Source: Bacteroidales bacterium (GTDB taxonomy: Bacteria; Bacteroidota; Bacteroidia; Bacteroidales; UBA12077). From it: a DNA stretch of 64,000 bases. This document shows positions 9,776 to 20,268 of the stretch, one piece after another. The notes below the pieces were generated by a model. It made no database searches. It was not told where the DNA came from and was given only the letters and a program-made list of their open reading frames with translations. The stretch is from positions 43,750 through 107,749 of the forward strand of contig WTBR01000065.1 of NCBI GenBank assembly GCA_013138975.1, read 5' to 3'. The translations under genes and the position numbers were made by a program. Each line of letters begins with the position of its first letter. Position 1 is the first letter of the stretch.

Positions 9776-10321
9776 CTAAACAACAAAGATAATAAGATAT
9801 TGAATCCCATTTCGAATTTCCTTAAATGCAAGGCTTATCTGGCTTTCTACATTTCGTTTTGTAGTTTCAAGTTCTCGAGCTATTTCGTCGTTCGTCAAGT
9901 CTTGCTGTCTTAGTTGGTATATTTTTTTTCGTTGAGCAGGCATTTTTTCAACAATCATTTCAATTAAAAGAGCTTTTTCTAAAGCAAGGTATTCTTCTTC
10001 CGGGCTGTGCGAAAAACTTAGGTGAGTTTGTGTTTCATCGATTCTCTCTGACCTATATTTTCTTTTCAAAAAGTTAATGGCTTTATTTTTGGCTATGGTG
10101 TACAAATAAGAATCAAACGACTTTTCCGGATTAATAATTTCATGATTTTGCCACAACTCAACAAATATTTCTTCAGCTAATTCTTCTGCATCGGTCATGG
10201 TTTTAACGTAAGCAAAAATGAAAGTTTTGATTTTCATGAAATAAAAAACAAAAACTTTTTCGAAAGCAGGATGACTACCTTTCTGCAATGCAAATAATAT
10301 TGATTTGTCAATTTTTATCAT
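9776..10321 (-). CDS. ECF-type RNA polymerase sigma-70 factor
   Basis: Region 2 (DAEELAEEIFVELW) and region 4 HTH (LTNDEIARELETTKRNVESQIS) are present. The tracked start at 10357 is TTG, so I prefer the ATG at 10321. Confidence 0.85.
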   Translation of the reverse strand: MIKIDKSILFALQKGSHPAFEKVFVFYFMKIKTFIFAYVKTMTDAEELAEEIFVELWQNHEIINPEKSFDSYLYTIAKNKAINFLKRKYRSERIDETQTHLSFSHSPEEEYLALEKALLIEMIVEKMPAQRKKIYQLRQQDLTNDEIARELETTKRNVESQISLAFKEIRNGIQYLIIFVV

Positions 10322-10461
10322 GAAGAGCAAATATATATTTTCCAATTCAGAGAGCAATACTAGAATTGGTTAATAAAACTTAAATGATTTTATATTAAAA
10401 AAAGACAGAATTTTTACTGAGTTTTTGTCGATTCAATTGTATTAACTGTAAATTATAAAAT

Positions 10462-11160
10462 ATGCAAATAAAATATTCATGTATAATTATTGTTGTAGTG
10501 CAACTTTTATCTGTTTTTCAGATTAAGGGACAAGAATCGGAAAAAGATAAAATTTTCATTAATAATTCTATACATAATAAAAATGATACGCAACTACAGC
10601 TGGCTGAACCTTCCTTACATTTTGAGATACCAGAATTATGGGATGGAGATAACAACTTTCATGTAATTCCCTTTGACAAATACGATGCAATGCTCAATTT
10701 AAAGCAAGCGAATAAATATACCAACAGCTTATCCGGAAATTCTTCTTTATTGTTCTTACCGGCGTACCCCGGATTGAGCGATTATAAGAATTTTGGCGGA
10801 ACATTGGGAAATTTCAATATAACCAACAAGCTAACTATAGATTATGGCGCTTTCATTAGTGCCCAATATGGCTTTCTTCTTTCGAGTAAGCAAGTTGTTT
10901 TTGGAGGTAATTTTTTATTGCAATATGCAATTACAAATAAACTACAACTCCAAACCTGGGGACAATATGTAAGCCCGGGTAACAGTTCTGACCCAACTTT
11001 TAATATGCGTACCCTTTTCCCAACAAGCAAATTTGGCACTGGCTTACAATATAATTCAAGTGATAAATCAAAGATTAAAGTGGGGGTTGAACATCAATAC
11101 GATTTAAGTGATAAAACCTGGAAACAGGAATCGGGCGGTAAAGTACTTTTTAAATTTTAA
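10462..11160 (+). CDS. Hypothetical outer-membrane beta-barrel-like protein
   Basis: Signal peptide, alternating Gly/aromatic-rich strands, and a C-terminal ...VLFKF ending in Phe. Confidence 0.55.
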   Translation: MQIKYSCIIIVVVQLLSVFQIKGQESEKDKIFINNSIHNKNDTQLQLAEPSLHFEIPELWDGDNNFHVIPFDKYDAMLNLKQANKYTNSLSGNSSLLFLPAYPGLSDYKNFGGTLGNFNITNKLTIDYGAFISAQYGFLLSSKQVVFGGNFLLQYAITNKLQLQTWGQYVSPGNSSDPTFNMRTLFPTSKFGTGLQYNSSDKSKIKVGVEHQYDLSDKTWKQESGGKVLFKF

Positions 11161-11171
11161 CAATTAGCAAT

Positions 11172-12167
11172 ATGAAATCAGATAAAAAAATTGGAGCAGT
11201 AGAAATGCTTCGGCTTTATTTGCGGAATAGATATTCTCAGGAAACGGAAGAAAAGGTTCAGACCTGGTTAGCAAAAAATCCGAATAGAGAAGAAATTGAA
11301 CAAGTCTCAAAAGAATATTGGGATTCTTTAAAATCCGAAAAGGATAAAACCACTTTTAACGCTTTAAAACGGGTAAATACAAAACTCAATCCGCATGTAG
11401 AAAGAAAGGAAATTGTTTGGTTAAGAACTTTTTCAAAATTTGCTGCTATTTTTATTTTACTTATTGGTTTAAGTGGAGTTTGGTATTACCTATCACATCA
11501 AAAAAATCCGGCTATGATTGAAGTTTTTGCTTTGTACGGAGAAACAAAACAGGTAATTCTTCCCGACCAAACTGAGGTTTGGTTAAATGCAGGCAGTTCT
11601 TTAAAGTATCCATCAGAATTTAATCAGGAAATACGTTCTGTTAGTTTAAAGGGAGAAGCATTTTTCTCGGTAAGAAAAGATAAATCGAAGTCATTTGTTG
11701 TTGAAACAAAAAATTTGATGGTAAAGGTTTTAGGAACAAAATTCAATTTGAAAGCCTACCCGGATGAACATCAAACCATAGCCTCTTTGCAAGAAGGGAA
11801 GATAGAAGTTCAAACAAAAAACAAAGAACACAGGCAGTTAATACCTAATGAGCAGTTAATTTATAATAATCATACTTCAAAACTGAAGCTCGTAGAAATT
11901 AATCCTGATGATATTCCGGATTGGAAAAATGGAAATCTTTTGTTTTCGGAAGTAACACTGGACGAGATATTACAAACACTTACACGAGGCTTCAATATAT
12001 CATTCGATATAGATAAATCCATAGATCTGTCACTTGAATATTATACAATAAAATTTGAACACCATGAAAATCTTGAGCAAATACTTCAGGTTTTAGCTGA
12101 TGTAACCGGGGATTTTTCTTATTACAAAAAAAATGGAAAGATTGTATTGCAAAAAAATATAATATAA
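11172..12167 (+). CDS. FecR-family anti-sigma / transmembrane sensor
   Basis: N-terminal cytoplasmic part, one TM (FAAIFILLIGLSGVWYY), and a FecR domain (DQTEVWLNAGSSLKYP...VLGTKFNLKA). Confidence 0.85.
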   Translation: MKSDKKIGAVEMLRLYLRNRYSQETEEKVQTWLAKNPNREEIEQVSKEYWDSLKSEKDKTTFNALKRVNTKLNPHVERKEIVWLRTFSKFAAIFILLIGLSGVWYYLSHQKNPAMIEVFALYGETKQVILPDQTEVWLNAGSSLKYPSEFNQEIRSVSLKGEAFFSVRKDKSKSFVVETKNLMVKVLGTKFNLKAYPDEHQTIASLQEGKIEVQTKNKEHRQLIPNEQLIYNNHTSKLKLVEINPDDIPDWKNGNLLFSEVTLDEILQTLTRGFNISFDIDKSIDLSLEYYTIKFEHHENLEQILQVLADVTGDFSYYKKNGKIVLQKNII

Positions 12168-12294
12168 ATAAAAAACAATATGCCTATGAAAAAAGAGAAC
12201 CGGTAAAAAATTGCGTTTTCTACCGGTTCATACGAAGATACAAAAATCAACTCTGTGAAAAGTAACTTAGTATCAACAATACAAATATAATAGA

Positions 12295-14895
12295 ATGAAT
12301 TTAAAAAAATCAAGGATTACGGTTCTCATCATTTCAATTTTTCTTTTTCTTTTTTCGTCACAAACGACGGCGCAGGAAAAGCAAATAACGATTCAAAAAG
12401 ATAATATATCATTAAAAAATGCTTTTGCCGAAATTGAAAGGCAAACCAATTATAGTATCGCATATAAAAAATCGGATACAGACGAGAAGCAGAAAATTAA
12501 TTTATCATTAAAAGATGTAAGTTTAGAAAAAGCTTTAGAAAAAATTCTTAAAGACACCGAACTTACATATAAAATCAACGGCTATCATATTATTCTAGTT
12601 CCTAAAAAAGTAAAATCGGAAACAAAAAAATTAATCCTGACTCAATCTATTCGAGGTATAGTTTATGATGTTGAGACGGAACGTCCGGTAGAATTTGCAA
12701 ATGTTTTTCTATTGAATAATCCTTCGATAGGAACAATATCTGACAGTCTTGGACATTTCCTTATACAGGGAGTTCCGCTGGGTTATACGCATATTAAAGT
12801 TTCCTTTGTCGGGTACGAATCCTATATTTATCGCGAAATATTACTTACATCAGCAAGAGATGCTTTTGTTGAAATTCCATTAAAAGAGAGTTGCCAGTCT
12901 ATTGACGAAGTTGTTGTAAGGCCACAAATAAATAAAGAACGTGCAGTAAATCCAATGGCTTTATCCGAAGGACGCATGTTAAGCGTAGAGGAAGCCAATC
13001 GTTTTGCAGGAGCATTTAACGATCCTGCCCGTTTAGTAAGTTCTTTTGCCGGAGTAACCGGAACCGGAGGGATTTCAAGCAATGCGCTTTCTATACGGGG
13101 TAATGCGCCGCAATATACTCAATGGCGTTTAGAAGGCGTAGAAATTCCCAATCCAACACATTTTGCCGACATGATTTCTCTGGGTGGAGGAGTATATTCA
13201 GCGCTAAGCAGCCAAGTGATGGGGAATTCTGATTTTTTTAACGGGGCATTTCCAGCAGAATACAGTAATGCACTTTCCGGAATATTTGATATGCAAATGC
13301 GTAACGGAAATAACCAAAAGCATCAAAATACCATTCAGCTAAGTTTAATTGGGATTGATTTGGCTTCTGAAGGACCATTAAGTAAAAAACACAATAGTTC
13401 TTACATTTTTAATTACCGTTATTCAGTAACAGGTCTGGTTGCCGACGCTAATTTAAAGTACCAGGATCTTTCTTTCAAGCTAAACTTACCAACTAAGAAA
13501 GCCGGTACTTTTTCTATATGGGGACTAGGACTAACTGACAATAATAATGTCGGGCCACTTGACAAAAAAGATTGGGAAACTTATGCCGACAGACAGGATG
13601 TGAAAACAAGCTTGGAAAAAGCCAGTGGCGGGATTACGCATAAGTACAATATTAACAACAAAACCTATATTAAAACTGTGCTTGCAGGAACTTACAATGG
13701 AATTATTCAGGATGTTGGTCAGCTTGATACACTAGCTTCCTACACACAGGTTGTTGATATTAGCAATAAAAACTGGGATATTGTACTAAAATCATATATC
13801 AACAAGAAATTTAGTGTAAAACATGTAAACAGAACAGGGATTACTGTTACCGGAATGATTTATGATTTGGACTACAATGTTACACCCAATTATGGCTTAG
13901 ACATGCCCATGGAGAATGTAGCTAAGGGCACAGGTAATAATTTTCAGGTTTCGGCTTTTTCTCAATCTATTTTTACAATTTCTTCGAAGTTATCGCTTAG
14001 CGCCGGACTAAATGCTCAATATTTTGAATTGAATAGTGACTTTAACCTGGAGCCTCGTTTAAGTATGAAATGGAATTTTAATCCCAAACAATCCCTTTCC
14101 TTAGCCTATGGATTAAATAGCAGACGTGAACGATTGGATTTTTATTACGTGACTGATACAACAACAAATTTGCCCGGTAACAAACATTTGGATTTGGCGA
14201 AAGCACATCTTGTTAATCTGGCTTACGATTGGCATATTTCTGATGTTCTTCATATGAAAGTTGAACCTTACTTTCAATATTTGTTTGATGTACCCGTGGA
14301 ATCGAACACTTCTTTTTCTGTCCTGAATATCGAAGACTATTACCTCGATAAGATTTTAATTAACTCAGGGAAGGGTAGGAATTATGGAATTGATCTTACA
14401 TTTGAGCATTATCTCGAAAAAGGTTCATACTATTTATTTTCCGGGTCTGTTTTCAAATCGGAGTACATGAGTGATGATAAAATCTGGCGAAATACCCGCT
14501 TCGACCGAGGATATAGTTTAAATGGCATATGGGGAAAAGAATGGCTTGTTGGACAGAACAAGAATAATATGTTTGGTCTTAATATCAAGTTAATTTATCA
14601 GGGAGGAGAACGATATACACCTATCGATAAAGAGCTTTCAGAAACTAGCCACGAAATAATACTGGATGACTCAAAAATATTCGGTAAAAAATATGACCCA
14701 TTTATAAATGGCGACCTTACTGTGAGCTATCGGATAAATCGGAAAAAAGTTTCGCACGAAATAGCTTTGAAAGGATTAAACATTGGGCTTTATACAGGAC
14801 AGTCTGGTTATTATTATAATGAAGCAACTAAAGCAATTGTAAAAGGAAATGTGATGGGAGCTTTGTGGGATCTTTGTTATAAGATACGTTTCTAA
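12295..14895 (+). CDS. TonB-dependent receptor with an N-terminal STN signalling domain and a carboxypeptidase-regulatory-like domain
   Basis: STN-like ISLKNAFAEIERQTNYSIAYK, CarbopepD_reg (IRGIVYDVETERPVEFANVFL), plug (IRGNAPQYTQWRLEGVEI), and a terminal aromatic residue (...YKIRF). Confidence 0.9.
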   Translation: MNLKKSRITVLIISIFLFLFSSQTTAQEKQITIQKDNISLKNAFAEIERQTNYSIAYKKSDTDEKQKINLSLKDVSLEKALEKILKDTELTYKINGYHIILVPKKVKSETKKLILTQSIRGIVYDVETERPVEFANVFLLNNPSIGTISDSLGHFLIQGVPLGYTHIKVSFVGYESYIYREILLTSARDAFVEIPLKESCQSIDEVVVRPQINKERAVNPMALSEGRMLSVEEANRFAGAFNDPARLVSSFAGVTGTGGISSNALSIRGNAPQYTQWRLEGVEIPNPTHFADMISLGGGVYSALSSQVMGNSDFFNGAFPAEYSNALSGIFDMQMRNGNNQKHQNTIQLSLIGIDLASEGPLSKKHNSSYIFNYRYSVTGLVADANLKYQDLSFKLNLPTKKAGTFSIWGLGLTDNNNVGPLDKKDWETYADRQDVKTSLEKASGGITHKYNINNKTYIKTVLAGTYNGIIQDVGQLDTLASYTQVVDISNKNWDIVLKSYINKKFSVKHVNRTGITVTGMIYDLDYNVTPNYGLDMPMENVAKGTGNNFQVSAFSQSIFTISSKLSLSAGLNAQYFELNSDFNLEPRLSMKWNFNPKQSLSLAYGLNSRRERLDFYYVTDTTTNLPGNKHLDLAKAHLVNLAYDWHISDVLHMKVEPYFQYLFDVPVESNTSFSVLNIEDYYLDKILINSGKGRNYGIDLTFEHYLEKGSYYLFSGSVFKSEYMSDDKIWRNTRFDRGYSLNGIWGKEWLVGQNKNNMFGLNIKLIYQGGERYTPIDKELSETSHEIILDDSKIFGKKYDPFINGDLTVSYRINRKKVSHEIALKGLNIGLYTGQSGYYYNEATKAIVKGNVMGALWDLCYKIRF

Positions 14896-15275
14896 ATTCC
14901 TATTAAAAATGGGAGATAATATTTAAAGAAACATAACTAAATTTAAAATGAGTTAATAAGCATTAATGTAGACAGCATATTTCTTAGCTGCGATGGCAAG
15001 AAGAAAAGCCTGACTGAGGGTTCGTTTATCCCAGACTTTTTTTGTTTTTTTAGGAGACAATCCCGATAATAAAAATTAACTACGGCTTATAGCTAAAACT
15101 AAAACCAGAATTAAACAAGTTTACTATATTTTTATTATTTTTAAACAATATCATTGATTGATATTGAAACTGCTAATGTGCTGCTAATTTTAACTGCGGG
15201 TCGTTGACGTTCATATTAAAGCTAAACTAATAATAACTTGAACAAAGTTTAATATAAATTCGAAAAAGTAAAATT

Positions 15276-15479
15276 ATGAGTAAAACTAAAATGCTTATTG
15301 ATGAGCTTATTAAAAAGAAAGCAAATGGAAATTCTTTTCAAGAAACAAATGTTAAAATGAAGTTAATGTTTAAAGGGGTTATGCCTGATAAAATAACGGA
15401 TGAATCACCCGATTCAGAAGAAATAATAGCAAAAATTTATGATGTTGCAAAAGATTTTAATATAACCTTAAATAACTAA
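15276..15479 (+). CDS. Hypothetical small protein
   Basis: 67-aa ORF ending 4 nt before the FIST gene start. I recognise no family. Confidence 0.4.
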   Translation: MSKTKMLIDELIKKKANGNSFQETNVKMKLMFKGVMPDKITDESPDSEEIIAKIYDVAKDFNITLNN

Positions 15480-15483
15480 TATA

Positions 15484-16593
15484 ATGAAAGTTAAAATAGC
15501 TTATTCACAAAAAACAGATATAAACAATATTATTACTGAGTTAAAAGAACAAATTGGATCATTTGAATCAAAATTCATACAATTTTATGCTTCATCAAGT
15601 ATAGATTCTGAAAAAATTAGCGAACAAATGTATAAGGCATTTGATAATGTACCTGTAATTGGATGTACTACTTCCGGAGAAATAATATCAGGAAAAATGC
15701 TTGATAATTCCATTGTAATGATGGCAATGGGTTCCGAAATTGTTGACGATTGCAAAATTGAAATACTTACTGATATTAAAAATGGCTCATCATTAGTTGA
15801 TAAGGCATTTGATTCTTTCGGAACTTATTTTGGTACTAATACATCAAATTTAGATTCTGAAAAGTACGTTGGTTTAGTACTTATTGATGGGTTAAGTGGT
15901 ATGGAAGAGAAAATAAATGAAAGAATTGGAGATTTAACTAATGTAACATTTATAGGGGGCTCTGCCGGTGATGACCTTAAATTTGAACAAACATATTTAT
16001 ACGCCAACGGAAAATCATATACCAATGCCGCTATATTAGCTTTAATAAAATGCAATACTGCATTTGATATCCTTAAAACGCAGAGTTTTAAAAGTACCAA
16101 TAAGAAGGTTATAGTTACAAAGGCGGATGAGGCATCAAGAACAATTATTGAATTCAATGGAAAACCTGCTGTGGAAGAATACGCATCGATTGTAGGCGTT
16201 GATAAAGATGCTGTTGCTTCAGCCTTTTCCAAAAATCCTTTAGGTTTGGTTTTCGGAGATGATTTTTTCGTTCGCAGTCCTCAAAAAACGGATGGAGATA
16301 ATATTGTATTTTTTTGCTCAATTAAAGAAGGTATGGAACTGGATGTTCTTGAATCAGGAAATATCGTTGAAGATACTCAGTTAGATCTCCAGGCAAAAAT
16401 TAAAAGTTTTGGTTCTGCTTCAGCAATCCTAAATTTTAATTGTATTCTACGTACACTTGAATTAAAAGAAAAGAATCAAACTGATGCATATGCACAGTTA
16501 TTTAAAGATATACCTACAGTAGGTTTTTCTACTTATGGTGAGAGCTATATTGGTCATATTAACCAAACTGCAGCTATGCTAATATTTAAGTAG
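15484..16593 (+). CDS. FIST (FIST_N + FIST_C) sensory domain protein
   Basis: 369 aa with PVIGCTTSGEI, FIGGSAGDD and GFSTYGE motifs typical of FIST N and C domains. There is no output domain. Confidence 0.8.
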   Translation: MKVKIAYSQKTDINNIITELKEQIGSFESKFIQFYASSSIDSEKISEQMYKAFDNVPVIGCTTSGEIISGKMLDNSIVMMAMGSEIVDDCKIEILTDIKNGSSLVDKAFDSFGTYFGTNTSNLDSEKYVGLVLIDGLSGMEEKINERIGDLTNVTFIGGSAGDDLKFEQTYLYANGKSYTNAAILALIKCNTAFDILKTQSFKSTNKKVIVTKADEASRTIIEFNGKPAVEEYASIVGVDKDAVASAFSKNPLGLVFGDDFFVRSPQKTDGDNIVFFCSIKEGMELDVLESGNIVEDTQLDLQAKIKSFGSASAILNFNCILRTLELKEKNQTDAYAQLFKDIPTVGFSTYGESYIGHINQTAAMLIFK

Positions 16594-16602
16594 AGAATAA
16601 TT

Positions 16603-16639
16603 GAAATAGAGTAACTATAATAATGAGTTACTCTATTTC
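16603..16639 (+). terminator. Hairpin immediately after the FIST gene (terminator-like)
   Basis: Perfect 13-bp stem gaaatagagtaac / gttactctatttc with an 11-nt loop, 10 nt after the stop at 16593. No clear U-tract follows. Confidence 0.5.
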
Positions 16640-16959
16640 ACTAAATCTAAACACTAAAGTGTTAAATTTAAAATTCCCTTCATTTGAGATTCTATTTTAA
16701 TTCGTGAAATTGAATTGATATCTCAATATTTTTTATCTTGATACTTGTGTCTTTAAATCCATTTTTAAGAGTGAAAAGTTTTGAGTTAGAAATTTCCAAA
16801 ATCAAAGTAATCCAAATATTTCTTAGGTGCGTGGTGTTTGTTAAGGGAGATAGTTTACAAAGTTATTTGTAAGTTTCGGCTATTTACATTTAACAAATTT
16901 TATTACCTTGCCTGCCCTTCGGTTTCTGAATCCGAAGCATTATTAAACAATAAAATTAA

Positions 16960-17676
16960 ATGAAAAAAGCAATAATAATAGGTGCAACATCAGGAATTGG
17001 AAAAAAACTAGCTGAATTATTAGTTGATAATGGCTATAAGCTTGGAATAACTGGAAGACGATCTGAATTACTTTCAAAACTAAAAGCAAAGAACCCCGAA
17101 TTAATTATTTCTAAATCATTTGACATAACTGACTTAGAAACAAGCATTAAAAGCTTAAACGAATTGGAAAAAGAACTTGGTGGACTTGATTTGCTTGTAT
17201 TAAGTTCAGGAACCGGAGATTTAAACCAATCACTTGACTTTGAAATTGAAAAACGAACAATTAATACTAATGTTTTAGGCTTTACAAACATTGCAGACTG
17301 GACTTATAAATATTTCGAAAATCAAAAATACGGACATTTTGTTACTATTACTTCAGTTGGAGGCTTAAGAGGTAGTCGAATTGCACCTGCATATAATGCA
17401 AGCAAATCTTATCAAATGAATTATTTGGAAGGATTAAGACAAAAAGCTTCTAAACTTAAAGATCCAATAATTATAACAGATATTCGACCAGGACTTGTAA
17501 ATACCGAAATGGCAAAAGGAGAAGGTTTATTTTGGGTAATGCCTGTGGATAAAATATGCAGACAAATTTTTAAAACAATAAAAAAGAAAAAGAAAGTTGT
17601 TTATGTTTCAAAACGTTGGGGATTTATAGCACGACTAATAAAATTACTACCAAGATTTATTTATGACAAAATGTAA
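16960..17676 (+). CDS. Short-chain dehydrogenase/reductase (SDR) family oxidoreductase
   Basis: Has the GATSGIGKKLA cofactor motif and the YNASKSY catalytic Tyr-x3-Lys motif. Confidence 0.9.
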   Translation: MKKAIIIGATSGIGKKLAELLVDNGYKLGITGRRSELLSKLKAKNPELIISKSFDITDLETSIKSLNELEKELGGLDLLVLSSGTGDLNQSLDFEIEKRTINTNVLGFTNIADWTYKYFENQKYGHFVTITSVGGLRGSRIAPAYNASKSYQMNYLEGLRQKASKLKDPIIITDIRPGLVNTEMAKGEGLFWVMPVDKICRQIFKTIKKKKKVVYVSKRWGFIARLIKLLPRFIYDKM

Positions 17677-17798
17677 TTAAGACGCATAGTGCTGTAAGCT
17701 TTCCATTTTTAGGATAAGTTGATATGCTTTACCAAAATAAAATTACTTTTGCCGTTCTTATTATAATGTGTAAATAAAATTAATTAATCGAAAATAAT

Positions 17799-18368
17799 AT
17801 GAAAATAATATTTAGTAATTTGCTAGTTATCATAATATTGGTTTTATTTTCATGCACTAATTCGAACGTTAAAATATCTACTGAAGACAATTTTAAAATT
17901 GTTGAGTTACCAGATGGTTCCACTGCATATTTAAATAATAACAGCTCCATTAAATATAATAAATACTTTGATGAAAGAATTATAGAACAGAAGGGAGAAG
18001 TATTCTTTGAAGTAACAAAAGGAACAGCACCTTTTATTGTCAAAACTGAGGTAGGAGAAATACAAGTACTCGGGACAAAATTTAATGTAAAATCAAGTAA
18101 TAAAGAACTTGATGTCGAAGTCGAAGAAGGAATAATAGAATTAAAAATAAATAAGTTCATAAAAGAAATTAAAAAAGGGCAAAAAGCATTTTTTAAAAGG
18201 AATCAAAATAGTATTCAGATTAGTAATGCTGAACTTAAACACAAAAAATGGTTAAATAGCTTAGATAAAGAACTAAAAGAATTAGGTAAAACGATCCTTA
18301 AAGATTCCAAAAAGATTAGGAAAGATGTGAAAAAAGAACTTAAAAAGTTTAAGAAAAAACTCAATTAA
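17799..18368 (+). CDS. FecR-domain lipoprotein with a Lys-rich C-terminal tail
   Basis: Lipobox (LFSC), a FecR-like core (DGSTAYLNNNSSIKY...VLGTKFNVKS), and the tail KKIRKDVKKELKKFKKKLN. Confidence 0.7.
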   Translation: MKIIFSNLLVIIILVLFSCTNSNVKISTEDNFKIVELPDGSTAYLNNNSSIKYNKYFDERIIEQKGEVFFEVTKGTAPFIVKTEVGEIQVLGTKFNVKSSNKELDVEVEEGIIELKINKFIKEIKKGQKAFFKRNQNSIQISNAELKHKKWLNSLDKELKELGKTILKDSKKIRKDVKKELKKFKKKLN

Positions 18369-18420
18369 TTTTATTCTTAAATAATAATATTTTATGTCAG
18401 AATAGAATCTGACTCCCTTT

Positions 18421-18604
18421 AACACCAATTAAACACCAAAATAACCGATATAATTCGTTTCTTTTTCATTTATATTTCTTCAAAAAATAAACCCTTAGCT
18501 ATACTTCGACAAAGCTCAACACGGGTGGCTATGTTTGGATTTTTTGAATCGTCTAAGCAAAAAATAATTCAAATTATTTATAAATCATTTTGAAATTTAA
18601 TTGA
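18421..18604 (+). repeat. Intergenic repeat rep1, copy 1
   Basis: Aligns with 62441..62599 in the same orientation. Shared blocks are aaacaccaaaataa..atataattcgtttctttttca.ttatatttcttcaaaaaa and tttttgaatc.tctaagcaaaaaataattcaaattatttata...cattttgaaatttaattg. Confidence 0.8.
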
Positions 18605-18864
18605 TATAAATACTAATTATTTACTCATCTTTTTCAGGCTTATCTTTTCAAGCATTTAAATTAACTCTCAAAACATTTTTAACCTTAAAAGATTCAGTTT
18701 TTATTTATTTTCATAAAAGATTGTGCGACAGTTGTTATTAATAAAATAGAATTAGATGTTATACAACAGTAGTTAAATTATATACAATAAGTGCTCTCTG
18801 AATAGTCATTTTTTAACAATCTTATTTATATTTGCGCCAATGTTTCACAAAACCGCAGTAAAAG

Positions 18865-20034
18865 ATGAACAAAAATATTAGTAAATACTTCTCAGTCGCT
18901 ATTCTATTAATTTATATTGGATTATTTTATATTTTATATCCAATTATTGGAAACACTTTTATAATTTTTTCAATAATACCTGTATTGTGTTTTTTATGGG
19001 CTTTCAATCTTAAATATGGATTATCCTTACAATTAGTTTTAATCATTCACAGATTTGTAGCCTTTAAAATTTTAGGAGAGGACATTCAAGTTTTATTTTC
19101 ACTTGCTTCAATAATTGGCACTTCTTTAAATATCATATTGTTATTTAAAACAAACTATTTGAAAAATTTGATTCAAAGAACTAAAAAGATAGAGGAAACA
19201 TTAATATTACAAAATAAAGAACTGCAAATCACGAAAGCAAAAGCTGAAGAAAGCGACCGATTAAAAACATCATTTCTAGCTAATATGAGTCATGAAATAC
19301 GAACTCCGATGAATTCAATTCTAGGCTTTTCGCGATTATTAAAAGTAAAAGATTTATCACAAGAAGAAAAAGATACTTACTGCGATTTAATTGAAACGAG
19401 TGGAAATCATCTTGTGAAATTGATAGATGGAATAATTGATATTTCAAAAATTGAATCAAATAAACTACCTATTATTGAAAACGAGTGTAACCTAAAGAAT
19501 TTATTATCCGATTTAAATCTTCTTTTTCAATCATCCGAAGAAATAAAAAATAACGCCCAAGTTAAATTATCGATTTGTAATAATTTGTCAAATGATGATA
19601 ATATTATAATTACAGACGAATTACGATTACGTCAAATATTAACGAATCTAATTGAGAATGCGGTTAAGTTTACACACTCGGGTTCAATAATAGTGGAAAA
19701 CTCAATTAAAAACAGCAAGGAGTTACTATTTACAATAAAAGACACAGGAATTGGTATTTCCGATAACACATTACCTATAATTTTCAATCACTTTCGTCAA
19801 GGTGAGGAAACCATTTCAAGGGAATATGGAGGAACAGGTCTTGGACTTGCAATTTCAAAAGCCTGTGTAAATCTTTTAGGTGGTGAAATCGGGGTTAGAT
19901 CAGAACTCAGAAAAGGTTCTACATTTTATTTTACAATTCCTTATAAACCCCTTATAAAGAGAAAAATTAAAAATAAGAATAAAAAAAATCTGCAATTAGA
20001 AAATATATTAGTTAAAGAAGAAGCCATGTGCTAA
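18865..20034 (+). CDS. Membrane-bound sensor histidine kinase (HisKA + HATPase_c) with no adjacent response regulator
   Basis: About 4 N-terminal TM helices, a coiled linker, the H-box SHEIRTPMNSILGF, N-box LTNLIENAVKF and G-box GGTGLGLAIS. Confidence 0.9.
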   Translation: MNKNISKYFSVAILLIYIGLFYILYPIIGNTFIIFSIIPVLCFLWAFNLKYGLSLQLVLIIHRFVAFKILGEDIQVLFSLASIIGTSLNIILLFKTNYLKNLIQRTKKIEETLILQNKELQITKAKAEESDRLKTSFLANMSHEIRTPMNSILGFSRLLKVKDLSQEEKDTYCDLIETSGNHLVKLIDGIIDISKIESNKLPIIENECNLKNLLSDLNLLFQSSEEIKNNAQVKLSICNNLSNDDNIIITDELRLRQILTNLIENAVKFTHSGSIIVENSIKNSKELLFTIKDTGIGISDNTLPIIFNHFRQGEETISREYGGTGLGLAISKACVNLLGGEIGVRSELRKGSTFYFTIPYKPLIKRKIKNKNKKNLQLENILVKEEAMC

Positions 20035-20268
20035 GCCCTTAATTCTACTTTACGACTTTAATGTTTATTTGACTAAGTCCGTCATTCTCGCCTACCTAAG
20101 CACATTATTCGGCGAGCAGGTATGGCGAATTATAAAAGTATAGAACATTGGACTCAAAACATATCAAGTTATATAGAGAGAAAACTCTGAAAAAACAAGG
20201 TGAAGAATTTAGGAAAAAGTATAATTTTAAGAAGATTATGGGCTAAAGTCCAACCTTAATTAGTTTTT

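Noticed and set aside
12122-12313. 63-aa minus-strand ORF spanning the FecR/TonB-receptor intergenic region
   Set aside because: It overlaps the end of FecR and the start of the receptor gene and has a hydrophobic low-complexity translation. It is most likely spurious.
15825-18160. Antisense ORFs 15825..16232 (inside the FIST gene), 17034..17291 (inside the SDR gene) and 17780..18160 (inside the FecR-like gene)
   Set aside because: Each is fully overlapped by an opposite-strand ORF with clear family motifs. None has motifs of its own.
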